The translations under genes and the position numbers were made by a program. The notes under the pieces were generated by a model that ran no database searches, had not been told where the DNA came from, and saw only the letters and a program-made list of their open reading frames with translations. A stretch of DNA of 64,000 bases from Eledone cirrhosa (taxonomy: Eukaryota), in the NCBI GenBank assembly GCA_964016885.1, contig OZ024742.1, forward strand, positions 9,982,001-10,046,000. The letters run 5' to 3'. Numbering within the stretch: the stretch's first letter is position 1; every line of letters starts with the position of its first letter. This document shows positions 14,711-29,641 of this stretch, in pieces.

Positions 14711-15644
14711 GCGCGCATTGGGGGCGAATTTTGTACCTTAGATAAGGTTTGTGTTATTTCAGGGTGGAGCTAGGAATGTGAAGCAATGCTGTTATAATTG
14801 ACGAGTAATTAGGGAGTCAGTAATATAATTCTGTTACGCAAGCCTAATTCCTGACTAATCTGCTATTGGTAATGACATTAGACGCTTTTCCTTATACGTA
14901 CGTCATACATTATAGACATTCTAAAGGAGCTTTGATTGCCAACCAGTTTCTACTCTAGTTCACCAGCCAGCGGGAATCTATTATATTGTTGGGAGGTTTG
15001 GGATAAAGTGACGAAGCTTATGCTTAACATATTCTATTTCTGTGCTGTTTCAGTATTTCTTGTCTATTTACTACAACATATTAAGACATATCTTTAAATC
15101 ATTACAACACCACCAGATTACAAGATGTCCACTATGTTTGGATTGGTTTAAATTGCATTCCTATATAGCCACACTCATTTGCAAAAGTAGTACATATGTA
15201 CAAACACTCACACAGGTGGATTTGTTAATTATTGGTGATTCCAAGACCAATTCTTCCCCATATGAAATCATGGTAGGGAGATCTATTTATAAGGGAATTT
15301 AGATAGAATACTTTTTTGTCTATTTTCTTTGCACTCCCACGATGAGAGTTTTTTCTCACTCAATTTTAATATGTATATATATATATATATATATATATGA
15401 TATGGAAAACAAAGAATCAGTGATGCATCGGAACACAATTTATTACGTATCACAATTGTTTCTCCGGCGAACAGCTCGAGGTGCGATCTGTTTGTGGATC
15501 GAACCTGGCTCTGGATTCGTAAGTTCCTCAAACACGTCTAGTGAATTTGAAGCAAATCCTCTTTCTATTATCATACTCTGCTCCGAAGGACCATAGAATG
15601 TTCAACCGGCATACTGCCTATGGACGCATACAAACAACCTTACT

Positions 15645-15699
<55 letters not shown>

Positions 15700-15938
15700 A
15701 CATATATATATATATATCAGAATGGAAGCGGTAAAAACCAGTTAGACACTACACACCAGAGTACTCGATACTTCAACGGCTATTGAAGCGGCCGGACCTC
15801 AGCCATCGGGGTCCTGAATTTTTTCAAATGACTTACTCTACTACCCCAAGTATAGAGGACTCTGGTGAGTAATGGTCTAACTGGTTTTTACCCCTTTCAT
15901 TCTGACATATATATATATATATATATCAGAATGGAAGC

Positions 15939-15978
<40 letters not shown>

Positions 15979-16164
15979 AAAAAGTATGACCCCGACGGCA
16001 GAGCTCAAGCCGTTTTGACGGCTATTTCTGAGTCCAGAAATAGCCGTCGAAACGGCTTGAGCTCTGCCGGGGTGATACTTTTTCCTATTTCTCACTCTAT
16101 TACCCTAAGTATTGAGTACTCTGGTGCGTTATGGTCCATCTGGTGCCTACCCACAATTCCTTCG

Positions 16165-16218
<54 letters not shown>

Positions 16219-16315
16219 ATAATAATAAAATTGAAGACTAAAATCCAAAGAGGGCTCGATAAGGAAAATATATATCAAATATATAAGAACCGTAGAGCAA
16301 ATATTTATTAAAATA

Positions 16316-16391
16316 ACAGATTAAAGTTTAAGCAAAGAATCGCTGCTTTCACCCTTAACGGGATCTTCTGAAACTAACAAAGTCAATCTGT
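16316..16391 (-). ncRNA. Variant type I hammerhead-like motif at PLE 3' end
   Basis: acagattga..agttt-CAGAAGA-t ccc gttaa ggg t-GAAA-gcag..ttgc-TT-aaact..ttaatctgt. All three stems pair, but the core has A at position 4. Confidence 0.6.
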
Positions 16392-17302
16392 AAACGCAGA
16401 ACAGGATATTTCAAAAAACGTTGCAACCGGAGGAAGACAGGAAGACGATACTTTGGTTCGTGGTAACGTTCGCTGGCAAAGAACGGGAAAAAACGAATAA
16501 TACGTCATTAATAGGAGCGGTGAAAAACAATTACGCGCAGAGACAAAACCACGTTTATGGTATTTAAGAGGTCGGAGACTAATGTTCTCTTAGGTGGTGC
16601 AAAGAGACGTTCTCTGGCAATGAACGAAAAAACGAAGATAATAAGTCATATGTGGAGCGTGGAGAACAAAAGCACGCAAAGACAAAACCACGTAAATGGT
16701 ATAGCAGAAGTCGTAGACTAAATTCTAACTAGGAGACCAAATGAATCTCCGCTACAGAGTTAAGAACAAAGTAAATAAATACAATACAGAAGTAATAGAA
16801 ACAAATAAATACATACACGCAAACAGATACGTACATACACAAGCATACGCAAAACCTTACCATAGGTATACAAAACCACGCACATATAAATATGTGTGTG
16901 TGTGTATGCTTGTGTACAAATAAATAAATAATTATATAAACGTATATAAGTAAATAAATACGTATATAACAAGCGCACACACACACCTACATATAAATAC
17001 ACGAATGTACGGAGACGTAAGTCAACTAAAACAAGAAGTACACATATACACACACCCACCATACGTACGAACCTGCATACTCACTCGTACGCAAAACTCC
17101 CGTATACACATAGCCAAACCCTAAATACCAGAATATGTAAAAATGATACGCCATAACAGTCAAATATACGTACGAGAAGGTATACATACCTTCACAAAAC
17201 ATATGGGTAATAAATACTTACCTATGCAAATAAGTAAAGGAATAAACAAAACATATACTTAGCTCCCACATCAAGACGTAAAATATCCAGGTATAGATCG
17301 TG

Positions 17303-17920
17303 CTATCCGTTAGGGTATAACGTGGGGCTGTAATACAGGAAAGTTTTGTGCAATTTATGTTTACAAGCCGAAATTGCCTCAGATTTTTTGTTTAAAATGT
17401 GGTCTGTGGCGTAGAGTATTTCCAGGGCCTCAGCGGCGCAGAGGTCACATGGTCTTTTATTTCCGTTATACGATCTAGCCCTAGCTAGGATATCCCAGTG
17501 TAACTTATATTGGGTGTGGTTGTCTTTTAGACTCCAGATATAAGCTGAAAGTGACGTCATATTCCTTCTTAGAGGGTAACGAAAAGAATGGGTATGCATG
17601 TAAAGACGCTGCTTGAAACTATTGGCGGTTAACCCTATGTAGGCCCTACGGGACGTGGGTGTTACAACCTTACATTTGTAGACAATGTTACTAGAGAGGC
17701 ATTTCCCGGATAGGGGGCAATCAGCCCGATTCCTACAATTACAGTTAGTACTAACTACAGGGCTGCACGTGTTCCTACGGCTAGGTAGTTTAGCTAAATT
17801 TGAAGCTGTGATGTTATGTGCAAGGTTAGGAGTCGTAGAGTAAGACATTTTAATAGTATTTCTATTATAAATTTTACTATATTTATGTGTAGGGGGAAAA
17901 TGCTTCGTAATAAGGGAAAG
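17303..17920 (-). pseudogene. GIY-YIG endonuclease domain fragment of PLE
   Basis: CNCRNRADCPLSGKC..IVYKC..AYIGLT..FKQRLYMH..CDLCAAE..LNKKSE..CKH. Confidence 0.9.
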
Positions 17921-17937
17921 AATCCAGTTCTGCGTTT

Positions 17938-18013
17938 ACAGATTGACTTTGTTAGTTTCAGAAGATCCCGTTAAGGGTGAAAGCAGCGATTATTTGCTTA
18001 AACTTTAATCTGT
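17938..18013 (+). ncRNA. Variant hammerhead-like motif (inverted copy at the PLE 5' junction)
   Basis: Same fold as 16316-16391 read directly on the + strand; CAGAAGA at 17959-17965, GAAA at 17979-17982. Confidence 0.6.
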
Positions 18014-18015
18014 TA

Positions 18016-18047
<32 letters not shown>

Positions 18048-18058
18048 CAAACATATAT

Positions 18059-18166
<108 letters not shown>

Positions 18167-18792
18167 AAATAACAAAGAAACAAATGCAGGAGTCAATGAT
18201 ACAAAGTGTTATATTTGTTGTGTGGCTGAAGAGTCAAGAAAGATATATATACAGAGGCGGACTGGTTCTATAAATATTGGTTGCCAGGAGATGAAGGGGG
18301 CCCACCTACATTTAGAATATAGGGGTCCACCTACATATAGAATGAAGGGGTCCCACCTACATTTAGAATGAAGGGGGCCCACCTACATATAGAATGGTAT
18401 CATTTAATTTTTATAATGAATAAATAAGATTTTCGAAAAATACATAAGTGGAAACGAAACAATGCAATAAATTATTGCGGAAAATATCTTACCTTCTCCA
18501 ATAAAAAATATTGTGTATTTTGCGAAATCCAGAGACTTTCAATAATGACCAGAAGTCAACCCTAAATATGACTAATAGTTCAAGTAAAGCCTTGAATGAC
18601 AAAACATCTTTTTAACTTTTATTTTGAAAGTAGGTTTATAATTATCAATTTTCATTATACTTTTGTAGCTGTGTCGGACCCCGAGTTGGCGGAAGCATAG
18701 ACGGTGGTGATCCTGGTCGGGAGTAAGTTTCCGTTAACTCTTTTCAGTTTTTTTTCGATTGGTTGTAAAATAAAAACTGAAAAAGGTTACAT

Positions 18793-18867
18793 GTACCTCT
18801 TGTCAAGGATTGAACCCAAGGCCAGGATCTCCGCCGTCTCTAGTACCTACCGTTAGGCCACAGAGAC
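18793..18867 (-). other. tRNA-like Pol III head (different SINE or tRNA pseudogene)
   Basis: Reverse complement gtctctgTGGCCTAACGGtagg...gGGTTCAATCCttg; no full cloverleaf. Confidence 0.45.
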
Positions 18868-19201
18868 AACTACGAATATTTTAAGAAAATTAATACTTAT
18901 AAACCTACTTTCAAAATTTTCAAAACTATGTGTTGTGGATCGTTTATGTCTTTCTTAATGTTATTGCTCCTACTTAAAGTCGACTTCTAAATCATTTGGG
19001 TGTTCCATAAACTACATCCTCGTTTTGATTCACATCTATCTATACTATACTTTAACCTGTAATCCATGTTTCATATCAGTTGCACCTCACCTCCCTCTCT
19101 CTTTCTCTCTGTGATATTTGAATCTACTATGATTTGGGCTTACTTTATTCCTATATATATATTTTTTCATGTCAGTTAGATTCAAACATACAAGGATTGG
19201 C

Positions 19202-19387
<186 letters not shown>

Positions 19388-19389
19388 GA

Positions 19390-19465
19390 ACAGATTAATG
19401 TTTAAGCAAAGAATCGCTGCTTTCACCCTTAACGGGATCTTCTGAAACTAACAAAGTCAATCTGT
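19390..19465 (-). ncRNA. Variant hammerhead-like motif at the 3' end of the long PLE copy
   Basis: Homologous to 16316-16391. Confidence 0.6.
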
Positions 19466-20381
19466 AAACGCAGAACTGGATATTTCAAAAAACGTTGCAA
19501 CCGGAGGAAGACAGGAAGACGATACTTTGGTTCGTGGTAACGTTCGCTGGCAAAGAACGGGAAAAAACGAATAATACGTCATTAATAGGAGCGGTGAAAA
19601 ACAATTACGCGCAAAGACAAAACCACGTTTATGGTATAAAAGAGGTCGTAGACTAATGTTCTCTTAGGTGGTGCATAGAGACGTTCTCTGGCAATGAACG
19701 AAAAACCGTAGATAATAAGTCATATGTGGAGCGTGGAGAACAATAGCACGCAAAGACAAAACCACGTAAATGGTATAGCAGAAATCGTAGACTAAAATTC
19801 AAACTAGGAGACCAAATGAATCTCCGCTACAGAGTTAAGAACAAAGTAAATAAATACAATACAGAAGTAATAGAAGCAAATAAATACATACACGCAAACA
19901 GATACGTACATACACAAGCATACGCAAAACCTTACCATAGGTATACAAAACCACGCACATATAAATATGTGTGTGTGTGTGTATGCTTGTGTACAAATAA
20001 ATAAATAATTATATAAACGTATATAAGTAAATAAATACGTATATAACAAGCGCACACGCATACCTACATATAAATACACGAATGTTCGGAGACGTAAGTC
20101 AACTAAAACAAGAAGTACACATATACACACACCCACCATACGTACGAACCTGCATACTCACGCAGACGCAAAACTCCCGTATACACATAGCCAAACCCTA
20201 AATACCAGAATATGTAAAAGTTATACGCCAAAACGGTCAAATATACGTACGAGAAGGTATACATATCTTCACAAAACATACGGGTAATATATATACTTAC
20301 CTATGCAAATAAGTAAAGGAATAAACAAAACATATACTTAGCTCCCACATCAAGACGTAAAATATCCACGTATAGATCGTG

Positions 20382-22365
20382 CTATCCGTTAGGGTATAAC
20401 GTGGGGCTGTAATACAGGAAAGTTTTGTGCAATTTATGTTTACAAGCCGAAATTGCCTCAGATTTTTTGTTTAAGATGTGGTCTGTGGCGTAGAGTATTT
20501 CCAGGGCCTCAACGGCGCAGAGGTCACATGGTCTTTTATTTCCGTTATACGATCTAGCCCTAGCTAGGATCTCCCAGTGTAACTTATATTGGGTGTGGTT
20601 GTCTTTTAGACTCCAGATATAAGCTGAAAGTGACGTCATATTCCTTCTTAGAGGGTAACGAAAAGAATGGGTATGCATGTAAAGACGCTGCTTGAAACTA
20701 TTGGCGGTTAACCCTATGTAGGCCCTACGGGACGTGGGTGTTACAACCTTACATTTGTAGACAATGTTACTAGAGAGGCATTTCCCGGATAGGGGGCAAT
20801 CAGCCCAATTCCTACAATTACAGTTAGTACTAACTACAGGGTTGCACGTGTTTCTACGGCTAGGTAGTTTAGCTAAATTTGAAGCTGTGATGTTAAGTGC
20901 AAGGTTAGGAGTCGTAGAGTAAGAAATTTGAATAGTATTTCTATTAAAAATTTTACTATATTTATGTGTAGGGGGAAAATGCTTCGTAATAAGGGAAAGA
21001 AAGATCTTAGCTAATGGTGTGGCCACCTCCATATTATATGGTGGGTTAAACCAACACATGCGACGGGATCTATTTCTTCTAGGTCTATTTTCGTACTCTG
21101 TATATGCTACCTTAACGACAAATCCACTCCGAGCAAGAGCTTCATTTTAATATGTGGAATGGTCGTTGAAAATGCGCTCGTTGGTGGAAAGACGGAAAAG
21201 CCTCAAAGAAACGTTTCTTACCAGGTTCTTGGTTATGCTGGCAGGATGGTTGGAATGCTTACTTATGTAATTAAGCGTATCATTCGGCTTTCTATACGGG
21301 TAATACACCCATTCAATAAATTGAGGGTAACGTCGAGGTAATTAACGACCGAGAGATTGGCCTCAACCTGTATAGAGAGGTTGAAGCCTTTAAAGAAGGC
21401 TGTGAGTTCTTTTCTGAACCTGTCGCAAGCACGAGGTCCGCACTTAGTCATGGTCAAAAGACCATCGTCACGGTACAAACCACCGCCCGCGTTGGGGAAT
21501 TCGTCCTTGATAGAGAAAAGAAGGAAAAGGCCAATAAGATCAGTAACCTCCGCAGAGTCACTGGCGCCCATACTCACGTCGAATGGGGTACCATTGGATT
21601 TTTTAATCCAAATAGAGTCGTCGAAATTAATCACCGACTTTCGGGCATTAAGGATGACATCAACTTCAAAATCCTTAACCACTGTTAGTGTTTTAGCGAA
21701 ATTGATAGCTCTAAGGAGAAGTGGTAAAGTGATGGAGGAGTAGTAATTATTGATGTCGAATTGGATAAAATGGCAATGTTCCTTGTTACATATGCCGTTG
21801 AACCAATCAATCACCGCGAAAGAATTGTTCCACAGTGCGAGAGGGGCCAAACTTCTAATTTCAGGTATAATTCTATCAAGAATCGTTTTACTAAGTCTAC
21901 CTAAATCGGACTTCGTAGGGTTAATAAGCCGAATAGAGGGGTTGTTCGGAAAATTGGATTTGTGATCCTTCAGGGTAAAGTGGGGAGAGATAGGGTCCAG
22001 AGGTTCGGCCCGGTCCAGGATGTTGAGATCAGATGTGATTTTAAACCCAGCATCGTTGATTTCATTGATGACGCACCGATTAGTTTTACGGTAATCCTTA
22101 GTTACAGCATTATGTAGTAGTTGGTGGTAAGTACTGCGCTCCACTTGATATAGGTTGCCAGTTTTGTCGGAATGGACGTGCACGGAGTTAGAATCCTTAA
22201 TAGAACGAATACTATTCTTCAGGTCTTGCTGGAAGGAATTGCTCCTATTCCGAAATTTGATATTCCGAATGAGTTCCAAGACATCATTTTCGAAGAATAG
22301 CAATGCTGGGTTCCACGGAGGGTTATTATAGGTTTTAAATCTAAATTTATCCTGTTTGTTGTCTG
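20382..22365 (-). pseudogene. Disrupted PLE reverse transcriptase / GIY-YIG endonuclease ORF
   Basis: ORF 21263-22303 has ADKT-like HSDKTGNLY, FIQFDINNYYSSI, FDVSMGASDSAEVTDLIG, GLYRDDGL and VNYLDVTLNL. After a frameshift near 21308 it continues YYPYRKPND..SNHP, with an in-frame TAA near 21148. ORF 20382-21059 has WFNPPY, CNCRNWADC (CxCx5C), NIVYKC..AYIGLT..FKQR (GIY-YIG), CDLC..E and LNKKSEAISACKH. Confidence 0.92.
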
Positions 22366-22480
22366 CTTAAGGATTCTGACCGACTGAGCTCACTCGATAT
22401 GCAAATTAGGCTGCTCAGCCGTTAATTTTCATAAGGAAAGTATATACTTTCGAACGTTCAACTATCTGGCAGATGGGTAT

Positions 22481-22523
22481 ACGATGCTGATGATAGCTAA
22501 CAAGCTTGAAACTAGTACATCGT
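22481..22523 (+). ncRNA. Minimal type I hammerhead ribozyme
   Basis: acgatg-CTGATGA-t agct aaca agct t-GAAA-ctag-TA-catcgt. Stem I is perfect, stem III is palindromic, and the cleavage triplet is GUA. Confidence 0.85.
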
Positions 22524-22674
22524 TCCTGTGTCAGTGTTGAACAAAAAGGTGACGTGGTTGCCTTAACACCGTACGGCATAAAAATTCAGGCTGTTCAGTT
22601 TGTTTACAAACGAACAAAGCGGCGTTATAATAAGCGTCGCTAAACTGATACGTGCATATATGTATGTGTACCTG

Positions 22675-22736
<62 letters not shown>

Positions 22737-22804
22737 CATGCTACTGAACGTCTGTATACATATATGTATGTACGTATACACACATACTTACATTTATATA
22801 TATA

Positions 22805-22940
<136 letters not shown>

Positions 22941-23230
22941 CAAATAACGAAACGAAATTAAATTTCGTTTCGTTTGTAACTCACTTTTGTATGACTGACG
23001 CTTAAACAATTAAGTGTTAAAAATGTACATCTACATATGCATACTGAAATACTAGTGTGTATATGAATACACACACGTATACATATGTAGGTGTACCAAG
23101 TCTTTCACTGGTCGCTTTACAGTGAGCGGCCCAGCTATTCTGTATGTAAACACACAGACAAACCGGTTTTTAGAGTCATACTGGTTTTGGGGGGAACACC
23201 TTCCCCTATTCTCCAGAAAGCCAGACAAGG

Positions 23231-23275
23231 AATATTGAACTAGTTTCGTTGTTGTTACAACTCATCAGCAATATT
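23231..23275 (-). ncRNA. Minimal type I hammerhead ribozyme
   Basis: Exact reverse complement of 23595-23639. Confidence 0.9.
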
Positions 23276-23594
23276 TACCTATCTACCGGCCTTTCTGGAG
23301 AATTGTAAAAGCACATATCGTTATATGCTTTTTCTATGAAAATTAGTAGTGGGCAGACTAATTTGCATAGAGTGTGAGTACGCACCGGTTCAGCGGAGAC
23401 GATAAAAACAAATAACGAAACGAAATTAAATTTCGTTTCGTTTGTAACTCACTTTTGTATGACTGACGCTTAAACAATTAAGTTAAAAATGTACATCTAC
23501 ATATGCATACTGAAATACTAGTGTGTATATGAATAGAAAAAGCATATAACGATATGTGCTTTTACAATTCTCCAGAAAGGCCGGTAGATAGGTA

Positions 23595-23639
23595 AATATT
23601 GCTGATGAGTTGTAACAACAACGAAACTAGTTCAATATT
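23595..23639 (+). ncRNA. Minimal type I hammerhead ribozyme
   Basis: aatattg-CTGATGA-gttgt aaca acaac-GAAA-ctag-TT-caatatt. Canonical core, perfect stems I and II, palindromic stem III, GUU triplet. Confidence 0.92.
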
Positions 23640-24061
23640 CCTTGTCTGGCTTTCTGGAGAATAGGGGGAAGGTGTTCCCCCAAAAACCAGTATGACTCTA
23701 AAAACCGGTTTGTCTGTGTGTTTACATACAGAATAGCTGGGCCGCTCACTGTAAAGCGACCAGTGAAAGACTTGGTACACCTACATATGTATACGTGTGT
23801 GTATTCATATACACACTAGTATTTCAGTATGCATATGTAGATGTACATTTTTAACTTAATTGTTTAAGCGTCAGTCATACAAAAGTGAGTTACAAACGAA
23901 ACGAAATTTAATTTCGTTTCGTTATTTGTTTTTATCGTCTCCGCTGAACCGGTGCGTACTCACACTCTATGCAAATTAGTCTGCCCACTACTAATTTTCA
24001 TAGAAAAAGCATATAACGATATGTGCTTTTACAATTCTCCAGAAAGGCCGGTAGATAGGTA

Positions 24062-24106
24062 AATATTGCTGATGAGTTGTAACAACAACGAAACTAGTTC
24101 AATATT
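24062..24106 (+). ncRNA. Minimal type I hammerhead ribozyme
   Basis: Identical to 23595-23639, 467 bp downstream. Confidence 0.92.
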
Positions 24107-24322
24107 CCTTGTCTGGCTTTCTAGAGAATAGGGGGAAGGTGTTCCCCCAAAAACCAGTATGACTCTAAAAACCGGTTTGTCTGTGTGTTTACATACAGAA
24201 TAGCTGGACCGCTCACTGTTAAGCGACCAGTGAAAGACTTGGTACACCTACATATGTATACGTGTGTGTATTCATATACACACTAGTATTTCAGTATGCA
24301 TATGTAGATGTACATTTTTAAC

Positions 24323-24399
<77 letters not shown>

Positions 24400-24541
24400 T
24401 ATATATGCATATATATTTATATATATATATATATATGTATATATATGTATATATATATATGCATATATATTTATATATATATATGCATATATTCATATAT
24501 ATATATGCATATATATATATATATAGATATATATATATGCA

Positions 24542-24655
<114 letters not shown>

Positions 24656-24659
24656 TATA

Positions 24660-24707
<48 letters not shown>

Positions 24708-24741
24708 TATATATTTATATATATATATATATATATATGCA

Positions 24742-24816
<75 letters not shown>

Positions 24817-24821
<5 letters not shown>

Positions 24822-25112
24822 AAAAAGGGATGAAATCGAAAATGAAACTGGAGTCTTATTTTTTTTTTAAATATATATATTTATTTGGTTCCTTTAACGG
24901 TTTCGCAGTTCTTCTGCTTTTCAAAAGGTGAGTTGAGATGGAGGGTCTGTGGTTTTTCTCACATCTGTGAGAAAAACCACAGACCTTCCATCTCAACTCA
25001 CCTTTTGAAAAGCAGAAGAACTGCGAAACAGGTAAAGGAACCAAATAAATATATATATTTAAAAAAAAAATAAGACTCAAGTTTCATTTTCGATTTCATC
25101 TCTTTTTCTTTA
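24817..25112. repeat. Near-perfect ~295-bp palindrome (centre 24964-24965) in (TA)n, with an HHR variant in each arm
   Basis: ...ttttctcaca tc tgtgagaaaa...; arms match with few mismatches. Confidence 0.9.
25001..25038 (+). ncRNA. Hammerhead variant with U3-A8 compensatory core (mirror copy 24891-24928 on minus strand)
   Basis: cctt-TTGAAAA-gcag aagaa ctgc-GAAA-cagg-TA-aagg. The other arm has ccgt in stem III, implying an ancestral palindromic ccgg. Confidence 0.65.
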
Positions 25113-25196
25113 TACTTTCACTCGTGTAGGACACCTCGGTTATTTTTTATTTTGTAAAAAAACCCTCACTTTCTAATATATATATATATGCATATA

Positions 25197-25244
<48 letters not shown>

Positions 25245-25248
25245 TATA

Positions 25249-25298
<50 letters not shown>

Positions 25299-25316
25299 AA
25301 TATATTTATATATATA

Positions 25317-25376
<60 letters not shown>

Positions 25377-25412
25377 TATATATTTATACATATATATATA
25401 TATATGCATATA

Positions 25413-25900
<488 letters not shown>

Positions 25901-25910
25901 TATATATATA

Positions 25911-25978
<68 letters not shown>

Positions 25979-25982
25979 TATA

Positions 25983-26051
<69 letters not shown>

Positions 26052-26121
26052 GCATATATATTTATATATATATATGCATATATATATATATATATATATA
26101 TGCATATATATATATATGTGC

Positions 26122-26350
<229 letters not shown>

Positions 26351-26482
26351 ATCGACGCAGTAGGCAGTGAGTTTTTCAATGGCTTGGAATTTAGTCCACG
26401 CTTTGCTTTTTACCATCCACTGAATTATTTTTATATAAGTTCCCTGTGTCCACGTATTGTCTGGAAACTTAGCTGAGAATAG

Positions 26483-26564
26483 ACTTCCCTGATGACGAAA
26501 GGCTTCTCCTTACATTTCTTCGGAAACTATGTTTATTCCCTTTCAGAAACTAATTAGTTGGAGT
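26483..26564 (+). ncRNA. Hammerhead-like motif with long stem II insertion, inside a (TA)n-flanked element 26348-26617
   Basis: ttcc-CTGATGA-c gaaagg [36 nt] cctttc a-GAAA-ctaattag-TT-ggag; palindromic stem III. Confidence 0.65.
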
Positions 26565-26609
26565 GAAATTTTAGTAAGTAAGTTAATTTTATAATTCTCT
26601 TATTTTACG

Positions 26610-26684
<75 letters not shown>

Positions 26685-26692
26685 TGTGTGTG

Positions 26693-26731
<39 letters not shown>

Positions 26732-26994
26732 TGCCAGTGTTGTAAAACATTGATATATATTATACACCTTGCAAACTTTATCTAGATACTATAGGTAGAG
26801 TAGAGCAAAATTTGACATAGAAAAATGGACGACATTTTATAGCAAGTTTTACAACTCTTTTGATCGGTCAGTAGGTGAAAGTTATATTATATATATATAT
26901 ATACATACACACACATATATATATATGTATATATATATAGTCCAGAAATAGCCGTCGAGACGGCTTGAGCTCTGCCGTCCGGGTCATACTTTTT

Positions 26995-27035
<41 letters not shown>

Positions 27036-27172
27036 AGAGAGAGGGGGGGGGGCGTTATATACAAGAGTTAACATTCTAATCTTCTCAACGCTTCGTAAAG
27101 CTACTACTTATTTACATATACATACACTATACATACATATATACATATACATATATATATACATATATACAT

Positions 27173-27418
<246 letters not shown>

Positions 27419-27642
27419 ATATATATATATATATATACACATATATATATAGACACATATATATATACATATACATACATATATATATACATATATATAC
27501 ACATTCATACATATATATATACATATACGTACATATAATTACATATAAATACATATGCATACATATACATACATATACATATACATACATACAAGTACAT
27601 ACGTACATATACATAGATAGATTCACACACATACATATGTAC

Positions 27643-27684
<42 letters not shown>

Positions 27685-27735
27685 CACATATATATATATA
27701 TATATAAATATATATATATATTATATATATGTGTG

Positions 27736-27798
<63 letters not shown>

Positions 27799-27829
27799 AT
27801 ATATGTATATATATATATATATATGTATG

Positions 27830-27906
<77 letters not shown>

Positions 27907-28547
27907 TGGGTATGTTTTTATTCATATATATTCATGTATATGTATAGGCATCTTCTAACAGATGAATAGCTTGAAGTTCACAAATATGTACATAAGCAAT
28001 GATTTAAGTATTTTTTTAAGCAGCAGGAGATTCGCTGATCAAAGAGAATGAATTTCCGTAATAGACAATAGCATAACATTAAAAATCTATTGCATCTCTC
28101 GCTATTAACAAAAGAAATGGAGCGTTATTAAACATTATATAGATTCCTGGTGATAAATCACCAAACTGTTGAACACAGAATATGGCAGTCGATCAGGTGA
28201 AATGTTGAAAAACTTTCAAATATTTTCGTACTTATAATATAAATAAATATATAATGTTTCACTGAAATAATCAAAGAGAATTTTTAGCTAAGAATAATTA
28301 ATTAGATGTAGAATTTGTAGAATGTTTTCACAGATTTAAAGTCTAATATTAATTCTGAGCTTAGGGACACGTTCAAAACGATGTTTTATTTATTTATCAT
28401 ACTTTATATATGAATTTATCTATTTATTTTCAGTACGTTTAGTTCATATAGTTGGTCACCAAAATGTTACTGGTCCTTACTCTTTGGTTTCGAATAATCC
28501 CTTCCGCCTCTCCAACTCCGGTGCATTGTGAGGAGAGGTGTGCGGGC

Positions 28548-28718
28548 ACTATGAGGAGAGGTGTGCGGGCAGCCGAAGATGCGAGAAATGCGGCTTTGGC
28601 TGACAAGAGGTCCAGGAGGATCGACAAGGAATCCAAGCCTCAGCAACCAACACCATATATTTACACTAAGTGCACCAGAGACTGCCACTCATGGGTTGGA
28701 TTGTTCAGCCACTCACGC
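28548..28718 (+). mobile_element. Duplicate of part of the RTE fragment (matches 29260-29430)
   Basis: Same sequence actatgaggagaggtgtgcgggcagcc...cagccactcacgca. Confidence 0.85.
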
Positions 28719-29072
28719 ATTTTCAGGTTTTTTCCAAGCTTATAAAATTTTGTTAATCTATTACCGGCAAAATTTTATTTTAAGTGGTAGCATTCCTGCG
28801 ACAATTAATTTTTTTGATACATTACAAAACATTATACATGACAAAATTAGTACAATACTAGAAATCTCATATGTTATAAAATATATAGAATGAGTTAAGG
28901 TCTCAATATGTAAACTAAACGACTAATTCTGGTTTTAAAAATATCAACGGAGACAAGCTGAGACGCACACTAAACATACATTGGTGTAAGCTGTATGTAT
29001 GTATGTATGTATGTATGTATGTATGTATGTATGTATGTATGTATGTATGTATGTATGTATGTATGTGTGTAT

Positions 29073-29450
29073 GCTCTGGCTCGGCCATGTCAGACGAATG
29101 GATCCTGGCCGCATCCCCAAGGACCTCCTGTACGGCGAACTGGCAGAGGGTGCGCGACCGGCCGGACGCCCGTGACTCCGTTTGCAAGACCTAAAGCTGT
29201 GTGGCATCAACTTTGCCTGGTGGGAGACCCTCGCTGAGGACCGCCTATCCTGGCGCCCTACTATGAGGAGAGGTGTGCGGGCAGCCGAAGATGCGAGAAA
29301 TGCGGCTTTGGCTGACAAGAGGTCCAGGAGGATCGACAAGGAATCCAAGCCTCAGCAACCAACACCATATATTTACACTAAGTGCACCAGAGACTGCCAC
29401 TCATGGGTTGGATTGTTCAGCCACTCACGCAAGTGCAACCGCTGAGACCC
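29073..29450 (+). mobile_element. RTE-clade LINE 3' fragment
   Basis: Translates WLGHVRRMDPGRIPKDLLYGELAEGARPAGRP*, then WETLAEDRLSWR..CTRDCHSWVGLFSHSRKC. Confidence 0.85.
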
Positions 29451-29641
29451 ACGCGGAGCTACACGTCGATGTGTGTATGTATGTACGTATGTGTGTATGT
29501 ATGTACGTATGTGTGTATGCATGCATGTATACATATATAGAATCGTATGGGTGCAGTATTAATATACAGCGTCTCTTGAGTATTTTGGAAACCTGGTGGA
29601 GCCCGTTCAGAAAAGTGGAGAGAGTGGTAGAAAGGAAGAGA

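Larger units (their letters stand above)
16310..18020 (-). mobile_element. Second, more truncated copy of the same PLE (EN domain + 3' region) with a ~100-bp inverted copy of its own 3' end at 17921-18020
   Basis: ORF 17303-17848 is almost identical to the EN part of 20382-21059. 17923-18020 is the reverse complement of 16310-16407. (TA)n lies on both sides. Confidence 0.9.

Noticed and set aside
23562-24247. Duplicated 72-aa ORFs in the 467-bp unit
   Set aside because: Antisense to the HHR, no recognisable motif, and frameshifted in the third copy
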